Assembly: GCF_006345805.1 (NCBI RefSeq)
Contig: NW_021835041.1
Location: forward strand, 1 to 43,252
Reading direction: 5' to 3'
DNA: 43,252 nt
DNA from: Octopus sinensis
Taxonomy: Eukaryota
Both the position numbers and the translations under genes were made by a program. Positions 10,455 through 21,675 of this stretch are shown piece after piece; position 1 is the stretch's first letter; every line of letters begins with the position of its first letter. The notes beneath the pieces were generated by a model. It was not told where the DNA came from. It saw nothing but the letters and a program-made list of their open reading frames with translations, and did not search any database.

Positions 10455-11979
10455 ATTAACACGGAAAAAATAAATAAACAGTTACCAGGGCAGCAAAAAA
10501 TCACACAAGTAATAAAGTAGAGACTCTGGGTTGATGGGAAATGTTTTGTATAATATATATAAATAAATAAATGGAGTTAAACACAGTTGTTATTCACATT
10601 CTTTTACTTCCGACATGTTTCGAAGAAAACATTGGTATTATTCCAAAAGGAATAAAATGGTGTAAAACAATGTAATCTTCTCATCATGGAAAGAAAGAAA
10701 CCAAACACATCAATAAAACATTTTAACAGAATGTGATGAATGTGTATAATGATGAACGAAACGCAATTAAGTCTTTTTTAAAAAAGTGTTAGTAGATATA
10801 ACGTCAAAGGTAGCCTATAGAAAGAGAAGGGGTTAAAAAAAGGAATAAGTAGAAAACTAATAAAGGAGAAATATAGAGCAATTTGTAAATTAAAATAAAA
10901 GCTTAAAGGCTTGGAAATAGATGTATCTAGTGGAAGTGAAATGTAAGAAGAAAATCAATGTTCAAATTATATAGAATGGTAGAAATCACTTATATGAACT
11001 AAAGGTATGTTTCTGCCAATGTTTACATCTATAAGCATGCTCTATAGACATGTTTACAAGGCGATTCTTAGAAAATAGAATATAAAAGAACTCAGTATTA
11101 CAGAGTTGACATAATTCTTTGCCTTTATAGTATGGGAATGAAAGGGAAAGAATCAACCAATCTAAATTAGATTGTTTATAAAAAGATACCAAATTAATTT
11201 ACTAAGCCCTGTACTGTTGCACTTATTACTATCCCTAAATGTAGAGTAATGACTAGAAATTCTTTTAGATAACTGAGAAGAACTAACTGTATAAAACAGA
11301 CATCGGTGCCACACTGGTATATAGAGTTTTTAGTCTTAGAATTCCTGGACATAAACTTAATTCTTTTGGAATTGACTTCAGAGACAATAACCTTCTAGGG
11401 AAATTAATGTTTGTATTTTCAGTAATTGGATTCTTATTTAAAAGACTAATATTATGTGAAGAGATAATTTCTGAAAGATTTTTTGTGTTAGAAAAGCTAC
11501 ACCTAGCCGTGTGCAAGTTGATAATCAGATTATACCTAGAATTCTTTTGAAAGTTCTTAATAAAAGCTTCACAAAACTGGAAAGGATGATTAGTTTTCCT
11601 AGTAGTAGCCTTATTATTAGCATAACCATCTTTAAAAGACTTTGATCTACTTTTAGAATGAAAACAGGGTCTTAAATAATGGTTATCTCCCTTATGCTGT
11701 AAAAATAAACGTTACTCTGTTTGGTGTTGGCATCTAAATTAAAAGTAAAATTGTTCATATCCTTACAATTAGATTGCATGTCTTGATTACTTAGGTAGAA
11801 TAAGATTGAATAGAATTAATTTAGGTAACTTTCTCTATATAGCCTGCTTTAAGTAAGGCAGAGTTATAAAATTCAGCCTTGTTGTTGAAAATGTCAACAT
11901 TAGCAGATAACTTCGACAATCTGAATGAAATATTTTAAACTAAATTCTTAGAGATTGTCCTAGAATGATTACTGAATTG
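10455..11979 (-). mobile_element. Penelope-like element 3' part (linker, GIY-YIG region, pLTR)
   Basis: NLSEIISSHN (11283-11516), TGL near 11205 and CQLCNTE..RCKH (10986-11192) are Penelope/Poseidon-type motifs; hammerhead-like motif at 10607-10693. Confidence 0.75.
10607..10693 (-). ncRNA. Type I hammerhead ribozyme-like motif (one core substitution)
   Basis: Minus strand: ttcc-ATGATGA-gaaga...tcttc-GAAAC-at-GTC-ggaa; stems I and II pair, stem III is the palindrome acatgt, triplet GUC; the first core C is replaced by A. Confidence 0.7.
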
Positions 11980-12478
11980 GTTTTTGAGGTCATCTACAGA
12001 ATTAACAAAAGAGGAAAATGACCACACTTCCATTTGCCCTCCAGCATCGAGAGGCATCTTGCCTTCACCAAGTGTCAAAATGTCCTGTGCAAACTTTGTG
12101 GACATTTTGTCACCGTGTAGCTGAGCTCTCATGTTAGTGGTGAGACTGAGGATTGTAACATGATGCCACAGGGTAGAGGACTTTAGGCATGCTTGGACTT
12201 CATCTGCTCTAGTGCCTTTCAGAATGACAGGAAGAGTTTGCCTGAAATACCTGACAACAGAAGCGTTACCCCTCCCATTGGAGCCTGACAGTCTCGGATG
12301 TCTTTCAGGGCTCTATCTAATGCTTCCAAAGCTCCCTTGTGAGCCATAGTGCACTCATCCCAGACAATTAGATGACACATTTTAAGTACTTGTCCCTGAT
12401 CTGAGCTTTTGTTGATGTTACATGAAGGCATTTCGGATGCTGCTAAATTGAGAGGGAGTTTAAAAGTTGAGTGTCCTA
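11980..12478 (-). repeat. 499-bp copy of the Helitron helicase segment 19597-20095
   Basis: Appears identical by eye, including the frameshifts; no Helitron termini at either end. Confidence 0.92.
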
Positions 12479-12619
12479 TACTTAAGATTGGTTGATGGTT
12501 TGTTGTATTGGATGTATGAATTTTTGTGTATATATATATAGGTTATATATGTATATATATATATATATATTATATATACACATTATATATATATGTATAC
12601 AATATAATAATAATAATAA

Positions 12620-13093
12620 TATGAGGGAATATTATTCCAAACTTACAGGGAAAAATTCAATTTAGAAATACTAAATCAAATTTCATATATATAAATTAGA
12701 AAAAAAACCTACCTTTTATCAAATCAATAATGAAAAATTAAATTATACCATCTAGAAAATTACATATTATAGAAAGATTAAATATAAGATAAAACATATA
12801 ACGATGATGAAGTAATGTGCAAAATAATAAATAAAACGTATATATTTGGTAGAATAATGACACGTGTGTTGTGGCTATATTTCAGAAATAATTATAGTAA
12901 AAATATTAGTAGTAGTTGTAAAATCACTTCAATATAAATATAGCCACTCATCAGGTTAAAGATAACTACAATAATAAAATAATTAATTAATAAATATACG
13001 TAAATAATCTTGTAAAATACAAATATATTCTTTAAAACAAATGTCTATATCTATCTATCTATCTATCTATATATATATATATATCATCATCAT

Positions 13094-13131
<38 letters not shown>

Positions 13132-13500
13132 TCATCATCATCATCATCATCATATATATATATATATAAAATACAAAATATACATAAAGTGGAAACTAAA
13201 TACCACCCTTTAAACTATATACATTAAATCAAATTATTAATTAATATATTTATTCAATAAACATCCAAATAAAGTCTAATACCCATCAAGCAATTTATAC
13301 TAAAAACCTTAATGTTAATTAATATACACAATACTAGTACAAGCCATAAATACTAGAATCAAAAATAGGAAATGGTTCAAATATTCACACACCCATTATA
13401 TAAACTAACTATATTATTAATATATATGTAGTATCTATAGATTTAATATATCACTCAATAATATAGTTGACCAAAATATCAATTAATATAAAAACTAATT
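12620..13500 (-). mobile_element. AT-rich PLE terminal region related to 2113-3000
   Basis: Starts gggaatattattccaaacttacagggaaaaattcaatttag like 2118-2160; degenerate hammerhead (minus strand cctgatgagtggctatattt..aaatatagccac) at about 12858-12954. Confidence 0.6.
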
Positions 13501-13853
13501 TACATAAATATAATATTACATGATAAATATACCACCTAATTATTAAATAATGTATTGTCTAACAAAAACTAATTCTCAAATTAAATTATATGTAATATGT
13601 TAAATCCCTTAATAAAAATAATAATAGATATCATAACTGATAACTATCATAACTAATAAATATCCAGTAACTATATATATAAATAATAATATTTCAACAA
13701 CAATAACAACAACAATAATAATAATCAAACCCAATACAATTCAGAATCCAAATAATATTGATAAACAAAAATCGTTACTTAGCTTGTCAATGAAAATAAT
13801 ATAACTGAATTTTAAACGTAAAAAAATAGGTCTTAGTCTTTATAGAAAATTAA

Positions 13854-14928
13854 CCCTTTCGTTACCAAACCGCCCGAAAAAATTTTGGTTAATGTGACCA
13901 AACCACCCAAAGCCGCCCGAATTTACCTATTCATATTTAAATGAGAATACCAGAGCAAATCTCTTTAGTACATTCGTGAAAATACGTATTATACTTCATA
14001 AAGAGTTCAACTACAGTTTTGTACAAAAATCGAAGTGTAATTTTAATTCCGTGAATTTTGGGAGATTTTTTTCCGAAATTTGTTCCTATTGTGTTTTCAA
14101 AATTTGTAATTCTGACAAAAAATGGATATGAATTTCATTATATCAAGCAGCGAGTCAGAATTCGAAGGATTTTCTACTGAAGACCTTCATAAATCTAACT
14201 CTATGACTGAAAAAAAAATGCACGTGGTATTTGATAATGAATCTGATGTTTCATTTTCCGAAAGTGAAAACAGTGAATCCGAGAGCTCCGACAGCGATAA
14301 AGAAAATGAATTGGCACCTGAATGGAGTGAAAATTTTAAAACTGTTTCTTACGGTGATTTTTCTGAAGAAACTGGACCAAGCCACAGACTTTCCCAGAAG
14401 AGTAAAGCCTTAGACTATTTCTTTTTACTTTTTCGAATGAGCCTATTTGAATTCATTACGGCGGAAATGAACCGTTACGCTAAAAGTAAACAAAACGAAA
14501 GAAAGGATACTTTGTGGTTTCCCATAACCTTAAATGAAATTAAGACTATTTTGCCATAAATATTATTATGGGTATCAGAAAGTTACCCAGAATAACAAAT
14601 TCTGTCGTAAAATTTTGTTGTATACCCAATTGAATATTAGCTAATAACCCATTTTCTATAGCGATGTTTGAACAAAATTTTAATAATTTTATATTTTGTT
14701 GAATTTACCTGTATCTACCTGCAATTAGAGTCACTTTGTGACAAAAATTATAGTATAGAATTGGTTGAGAACATTTCATTAAATTATCTTCCAAAATTCA
14801 CGTTAATATATTGATAAATAAAAAAGTTATAGTTGTTTAATGAAACCAGACTAAATTTATGATTATGTTAGAAATTAATTGAAACAGATAAGGGTTGTAT
14901 TTTGGTCAGAAATATAGTAATGAAAGGG
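13854..14928 (+). mobile_element. Internally deleted piggyBac transposon
   Basis: TTAA TSDs at 13850-13853 and 14929-14932; TIRs ccctttcgttac / gtaatgaaaggg; contains the transposase N-terminus. Confidence 0.92.
14122..14600 (+). pseudogene. piggyBac transposase N-terminal fragment
   Basis: Acidic Ser-rich N-terminus, then DYFFLLF..ITAEMNRYA..WFPITLNEIK and, after a frameshift, IIMGIRKLP; the catalytic core is missing. Confidence 0.85.
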
Positions 14929-15364
14929 TTAAACGCGTGAAGACGTTGTGTAAACAAATAGAATAAATTATCAAAATGATAAAAACTATTTATTAATGAA
15001 AAATACGGAAAATAATTAAGCTTCATGAATTAAAGAAAAGTAAGAAAAATAGGATAACAAATGAACAATTTACTATGAAGACATTATAATACAAAATCCA
15101 AATAATATTGATAAAAAAACAATTATATATGTATATATATAATTTATTTGTATATATTATATGTATCTATATATATACACACATTATATATATATATACA
15201 CTAGCATTATGACCCGTTGTTGCCGGGTCATAGTGCTAGTGCATGTATATATGAGTATATATATGTGTACATATTACATGTACAGCTATATATATACATC
15301 TACACATAAAATACAAAATACAAAGTTATATCTTGATATCACTAGTGATAACTATATTCAAAAT

Positions 15365-16230
15365 GTATAACAGACTGGAATTGTAGGCCCGTCTCTTGCA
15401 ATTTCGATCAATTGTATCTTGTCCTCCCACTTTTATAGAAGTGTGGCTACAATCCAGCCTATCTCTACTTTTGGGGGGACATTATTAATTTTTATCCGGG
15501 ACGTCCCACATCCCAGATATAAAGGTAGAAATAATATATTCCCACTTTGCAAGGTTCGAGTCGAGTACTCCCTTGCACGCTCTGTTGATTTGAACCTTGC
15601 TTCTATTGTGGCGAATTTACCGCCTCTGGTTAGATACTTGATATCTTTCATAGTCACACCAAGACACTTTTCGATGGTGCTTTCCTCCAGGTGTTCAAAT
15701 TTTTTTTCTCTACATTGTATACTTTATAGACAATAGTCTTTTCTTTAATTTAATTTTATATTTCGGTTGGTGATGTTATCCTAGATTCACCGTCTTTGTC
15801 GGTGATCATTCCGAAATAGGTTTGTATTTCTTCCATTTTAATTTTAATGAGTTCACGCCCACCAACGGCTGCAGTGAAATTAATTTTTGGACTTTCTTCT
15901 ATCGAAGACATTTTAACAAAAATTCTTCCGTATAAACGGTGAAAATATTGTCAATTTCCCCAAACAGGGACACAATTCAATTTTTAAACAATAACCAAAG
16001 CTGCTTCTCCCAAAGGGGAAGGGTTACAGTTTACAATTATTTAACAAATGCAACACAACGATGCTTCCCTTACAAGGAACCAACAAACGTGATAACAATA
16101 GTTAAACAGTAATAATAATAACAACAAACCTTACAGTGAATCAAAAAGCAGTACTCAGTAGAAGCTATAGTCCTTTATGGATAAGAAATAAATCAAAAGC
16201 AAGTACTCAGTAGAAGCGTATGTTCGAGAA
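15365..16230 (-). mobile_element. 5' UTR and ORF1 N-terminal half of an L1/Tx1-like LINE (element A), 3'-truncated
   Basis: ATG at 15911; KYLTRGGKFATIEARF..FLPLYLG..RIKINNVPPKVEIGWIVATL aligns with ORF 16618-17451; contains stops and a frameshift. Confidence 0.7.
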
Positions 16231-17890
16231 AACAGACATTACTTATATTTTATTACCCATAAAGGGCTTACATAGAGGGACACATTACAAACATTGGGGA
16301 CATCACAAAATACAGAAACGTGTGAAAGATGAAAACTTGTGAAAATGAGAAATGAGAGCGATGTTAACGGCCCCATTCGATAACATCATTTACCTGTCCT
16401 TCTTCCCTATATCGGTATGAAAACATGTAGTCCTCCAGTTTCATCCCATATATTTCTTCCAGTTCATATCTCTTATCCGGTTCAATTGTTTTCCTAATCA
16501 ATTTATAACTTTTTTAAAGTTTTTCCTTTAGTTCTTTTTCTTGGTCCTCTGATATTACTACATACACCAACCCCGCCATATCCCAGCTGTCTTGCAATTC
16601 CACCTTTCCCCAGTCCCTCAATATTTCACATATTTCTTCCTTGTTACACCTAATATATGGGGACGAGAATTTTTTAAAGTTATCCTGTGTGTCTCTGTTA
16701 TCTTTTTTTGTTTTCTTGTTGGTGGGGAGCGGGTGGGTTCAGTGTCTGCAGGGGAAGGGTGGGCCACAAAGGGTGCGGATGGTGATGGGGTGGGTTGGTG
16801 TTCAGAACAGTTTGCCTTTTTTCTCCTTCTCTTCCTCCTTCTTCCCATAGATTCCCATTCTGCTGGTAATTCCTCCTCGTCCACTTGCTTCTCTTCCATT
16901 GTATTCTGCTCCTCCTGGGGCTCCTCTACCTCTCTTGCTGGTTCTTTTCTTTGTTTTTTTGTTGGGGGAGGACAGTTAGCTTTTATGTGGCCCTTCAAGC
17001 CGCATTTGTAACAACGAGGAGCTCTGCCCTCCACCCATACTCTCATAATGATGTTCCTCATTGTTATATTCTTGGCCAGTCGTTCCAACACCTCCGATTC
17101 TGCCTGGACATTCATCTCCAGTACTGCTCCTCTCCATCCTCCCTCGTCCTTCACCGTGGCATGAAGAATGTCCACCTTATCTTCATTAGCACTGATGATG
17201 GCTGCCACAATCCACTCTTCGTCTATGTCTGGTGGTATTCCCTCCACCCTGATCCGGGTTGTCCTCCTTCCCAGATACGAGGGCAGAAGGAATACCTTCT
17301 CCGACTTTATTGTTTTCGCCGCCATTCTCCTTGCCACTTTTTCGGTTTTAAATTGTACAACCACGGTGCCGAACCCAACACCTCTTGCGAGAAACGCTAC
17401 CTCCTCTTCAGTCATTCTCAGAGCTTCCTCTACCATTTCCATGCCGACCAACTCTATTCTCCTTTTTTCATTGGCGAATACTCTATACGTAATGGTCCTC
17501 TTCTCATACCAGTCTCTTTTTTCCTTGGCGGCTACAATTCAACTTCACCGCTGACCTTCGTAACAAATTCTTGATAACCTGGCAACTTAGCCAGGTCTAT
17601 CTCTTTTTCCGTTGACTTCGTTGCTCGCGCGTATGTTGGTTTTCTCCGAGTGCTCTGCCCAATTTCCTCACTGCCTTTTCCAGTTCCTCCTCAGAGGTCG
17701 ACAGGTCCGACTCACTGAGGCTTGTAAAAACATTTTTCCTTGCCATTTTCTCCCTTAGGGAGGGGCAAACCGTTTTTTCCTTGTTTGTCTCAATACAGAC
17801 AAAATTCAACAATACCGTTTAACAAAATTTAATAAACAATAACAGGCAAAGCAATTACACACAGGTTCCAAAAAACGACTACAGCCAAAC
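16230..17890 (-). mobile_element. ORF1-only non-LTR retroposon (element B), RRM-like region plus CCHC zinc knuckle
   Basis: Interrupted ORF from ATG 17746 to TAA 16364-16366 with RIRVEGIPPDI and CYKCGLKGHIKANC; about 130 bp 3' UTR with AATAAA near 16249-16254; no endonuclease or RT sequence. Confidence 0.72.
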
Positions 17891-18508
17891 TTCATATAGA
17901 TAATTAATGCTAGCTAATTAGCAGATAATCTAATGTAAAAGCCGTGGTAAACGGTATGTGCACAGCTCCATCTGGACTATTCCATTTTTGCACATCAATT
18001 TTATTTTTAATTTATTTCCATTCATGTGAAACAACTTGTTCAAGTCATTGATGCAATTTTATACCAATTGATATTTTTACTTTTAATTGCTATGTTATGA
18101 TTTAATTATTATATTATACTTTAGTTTGATTTTAATTATTACTTACTACATATAATTCAATTGTTATTATTATCTCTAATTTTTATTGTTAAAGTGAAAG
18201 TATCTGACAAAATAGAGAGATGTTTTTGTTTCACTTTTAACAAGTAATACTGAAATAGTGGAGAAGATATGAGATTACTATGGGCTCGCCCTAGGCAAGA
18301 AGTTGAACATTTTTTTTTGCCCATGAAACTACATTACACATACAGTAAGGCATGTGTAAAATTTGAATGAAATTGGTTGTGTAGTTCTCAAGTTTTAGGG
18401 AAACATACAGACAGACAGACACACATTCTCAGTTTTATATGTATATATATAGAGAGAGAGAGAGAAAGAGAGAGAGAGCAAAGTGGATGTACACCGCTAT
18501 ATATATAT

Positions 18509-18788
18509 GATCTTATGGTTTGCAATACTAACTTCTGAAAACCTGTCAGTCACCTACTGTTCTGGTAGACACACTAGTCAAAGTGACTACATCCTCACCA
18601 GAAAAAGGGAATGATGCCTGCTTATAAATGCCAAAACCTTCCCAGGCAAAGAATGAACCCCACAACATAGACTGGTAGTTAGTGACTTCAGGATCAGGGC
18701 TAAGTGGATGCCCAGAAGGTGATCAGCATGGAGCAGAAGAGGCTGGAAGATTAAAGATCTTGCAAATGGACAGAAATTTAGAGACATA
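18509..18788 (+). mobile_element. RTE LINE, AP-endonuclease C-terminus (upstream piece of the copy resuming at 21676)
   Basis: Reads DLMVCNTNF..TYCSGRHTSQSDYILTRK..PQHRLVVSDF..WKIKD; ends agagacata at the Helitron CTAG. Confidence 0.85.
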
Positions 18789-21675
18789 CTAGCAGGGATA
18801 CATTCAATTGAAGAATTAGACTTTTCTGTTATATATATATGGAGACACACACACACCCACACATATATATGTATATTAATATAAATACATGAAAGTACAT
18901 GAAGTTTGTAAAAAAAAAAGGGATCATGTATGTACCTCCTGGCTGTTGAGATTATAACACCTCGTAAACAATGTTCCTTGTTTTTCCTTGTGGAGCATAT
19001 ACAAAAAGGTTTCTTTTGGTTCCTACTCTTGAGCAGCCAACATACAGTTGCCCATGCGAGAAGCAGGGCTCTTCCAAGAGAAGACCAGCTACAGAGAGGG
19101 TTTGACCCTGAGATTTGTTAATGGACATGGCAAAGCTGACTCGAAGGGGGAATTGCAATCTTCTGAATGTAAAAGGAATTTCTGCTTCTGATGGAGTAAG
19201 AGGAATTCTTGGAATAAAGACGTCATCACCTTTCCCACATCCAGAAAGAATGATCGCCTCGATAACGTGTGACATCATTTTCTTTATCACCAGTCGTGTT
19301 CCATTGCAAAGTCTTGGTGGTTCCAGATTGTGGAGTAGCATTACAGGAGTTCCAACTTTAAGTGCTAATATAGGTAGTCCAGGAGGCTCCAGTGAATCGA
19401 GAAATTCAGGAGGATAGTTCACAACTTCATTTATATCTGGAATTGTATCAACAGACTTGTAAGTGTTTATAGTGCCGGGAAGAGAATGCATTAGCTGTTG
19501 ATTAACTTTGTTAGCGGCGTTTTTTGAAGCTTATATTGCTCTTTCACACAGCCAATTGTGATTTTGGTAGTTTTGTGTGAAGTTGGGAAAGACTTTGTTT
19601 TTGAGGTCATCTACAGAATTAACAAAAGAGGAAAATGACCACACTTCCATTTGCCCTCCAGCATCGAGAGGCATCTTGCCTTCACCAAGTGTCAAAATGT
19701 CCTGTGCAAACTTTGTGGACATTTTGTCACCGTGTAGCTGAGCTCTCATGTTAGTGGTGAGACTGAGGATTGTAACATGATGCCACAGGGTAGAGGACTT
19801 TAGGCATGCTTGGACTTCATCTGCTCTAGTGCCTTTCAGAATGACAGGAAGAGTTTGCCTGAAATACCTGACAACAGAAGCGTTACCCCTCCCATTGGAG
19901 CCTGACAGTCTCGGATGTCTTTCAGGGCTCTATCTAATGCTTCCAAAGCTCCCTTGTGAGCCATAGTGCACTCATCCCAGACAATTAGATGACACATTTT
20001 AAGTACTTGTCCCTGATCTGAGCTTTTGTTGATGTTACATGAAGGCATTTCGGATGCTGCTAAATTGAGAGGGAGTTTAAAAGTTGAGTGTCCTACCACC
20101 GGGTAATAAAGTAGCTGCAATGCCAGCGGAGGCTACAGCTACTGCAATGTCCTGATGCTGGCTAACTTCTGCAAGGAGAAGCTTTGTAATAAATGTTTTT
20201 CCTGTCCCTTCAGGAGAATCGAGGAAGAAGATTTGTCCCTCGCGTTGGCGTACACTGTTAAGAATAGTTCTGTAGGCCTGCAGCTGGTCCGGAAGTAATT
20301 TAGGCTCATTTTCAACAACGTACTTTGAAAGTGCTTGAGTGTCGTAGGTTGTTTCACGAATGACAACAGTGGGAAGGCTATTTGACCCTGACCTGAATGC
20401 TTGTGGCAGGCCATACATTGACAGTTCATTTCCACCCAGTTTAGCAATTCTATCTTCAACGTCAATGAGTGTTTTGTTATAGATTTCATTGCTGATACCC
20501 TCCATGTCAGGATAGAGCAGTTGAGCTTGGCGCTGAAAGTCCAAAGCCAGGTTGTCTCTATATTTGAGGCATAGAGTGGCCGGATCACACAGTTTGCATG
20601 CCTGTAGTAATTCTGAAATAGTGCCCTGAGACTTTTAGGTGATTGTGATAAAGCAGCCTCTCCTAAAGTTGCATCCTATTGTGCACCATCTTCTAACAGA
20701 CCTTGTTGATAGCAGGCTTCTCTGTATGTTGTGCAGACATGTCCATGAACGGTTTTTAGGGCCTGGAAAGATGTTGGCCCTCTGACCTCATGAAGTAGTA
20801 GACGAAGGTAGCAATAACAATACTCAAAATATATAACAGACTGGAATTGTAGGCCCATCTCTTGCAATTTCGATCAATTGGATCTTGTCCTCCCTCTTGT
20901 ATAGAAGTGTACAGCTGCAGCGAAATTCATTTTTGCACTTTCTTCTATCGAAGGCATTTTAAGAAAAATGCTTCCATAAAGATGGTGAAAATATTGTCAA
21001 TTTCCCCAAATAGGGACACAATTCAATTTTTAAACAATAACCAAGGGGGAGGGTTACGGTTTACAATTATTTAACAAATGCAACACAACGTTTCCCTGAT
21101 GAGGAACCAACAAACGTGATTACAATAGTCAAACAGTAATAATAATAACAACAAACCTTTTTAATTTATCCCCATTTATGTGAAACCACTTATTCAAGTT
21201 CAAGTCATTGATGCAATTTTATACGAATTGCTAATACACACACACACACACACACATAATAAGGGTGAAAAATTGAATAATTATTTGATTAATATGAATT
21301 GAAAACCAGTGGTGTAGCATATAAGACCATAGCGGATCTTCTTCTTGCAAAATGGATGACTACTGTTAATGGTTCATCCCTGTTATATAATACTTTCACT
21401 TTAATAATTTCAGTATTAAAGTGAAAGTGTCTGCATTACAAAAGAGAGATGTTTTTGTTTCACTTTTAACACGTAATACTGAAATAGTGGAGAAGATATG
21501 ATATTGCTGTGGGGTCGCCCTAGGGAAAAAGTTAAGATTATTTTTGCCGATGACACTCCCCGGACCTTAAGTAAGGCATGTGTAAAATTTGAATGAAAGT
21601 GGTTGTGTAGTTCTCAAGTTTTAGGGAAACACACAGACAAAAAGACACACATTCTCAGTTTTATATATAGAGAGA
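18789..21675 (-). mobile_element. Helitron deletion derivative with Pif1-family helicase, inserted in an RTE
   Basis: CTAG at 18789-18792, TC terminus at 21675, A|T insertion site, helicase motifs inside. Confidence 0.92.
18952..20825 (-). pseudogene. Helitron RepHel C-terminal part (Pif1-like SF1B helicase), frameshifted
   Basis: YLRLLLHEVRGPTSF, FFLDSPEGTGKTF (Walker A), LIVWDECTM (Walker B), LCNGTRL, QFPLRVSFAMSINKSQGQT, FSHGQLYVGCSRV; no HUH Rep domain seen. Confidence 0.93.

Larger units (their letters stand above)
15201..18453 (-). mobile_element. Non-autonomous Helitron carrying two LINE ORF1-type elements
   Basis: 3' CTAG at 15201-15204 with hairpin atgacccg..cgggtcat; 5' region 18003-18453 is homologous to 21158-21675 and ends in a tctatatata..aaaactgagaatgtgt-type terminus obscured by (GA)n. 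Confidence 0.8.

Noticed and set aside
16592-17574. Plus-strand ORFs of 139, 229 and 128 aa
   Set aside because: Antisense shadows of the minus-strand ORF1; no recognisable motifs.
18952-20544. Host PIF1 helicase gene
   Set aside because: Intronless, frameshifted, has the Helitron-type YLRLLL..GPTSF block and lies between TC and CTAG termini.
21094-21120. CTGATGAG as a hammerhead core
   Set aside because: No paired stem II followed by GAAA, and the homologous site near 16068 lacks the motif.
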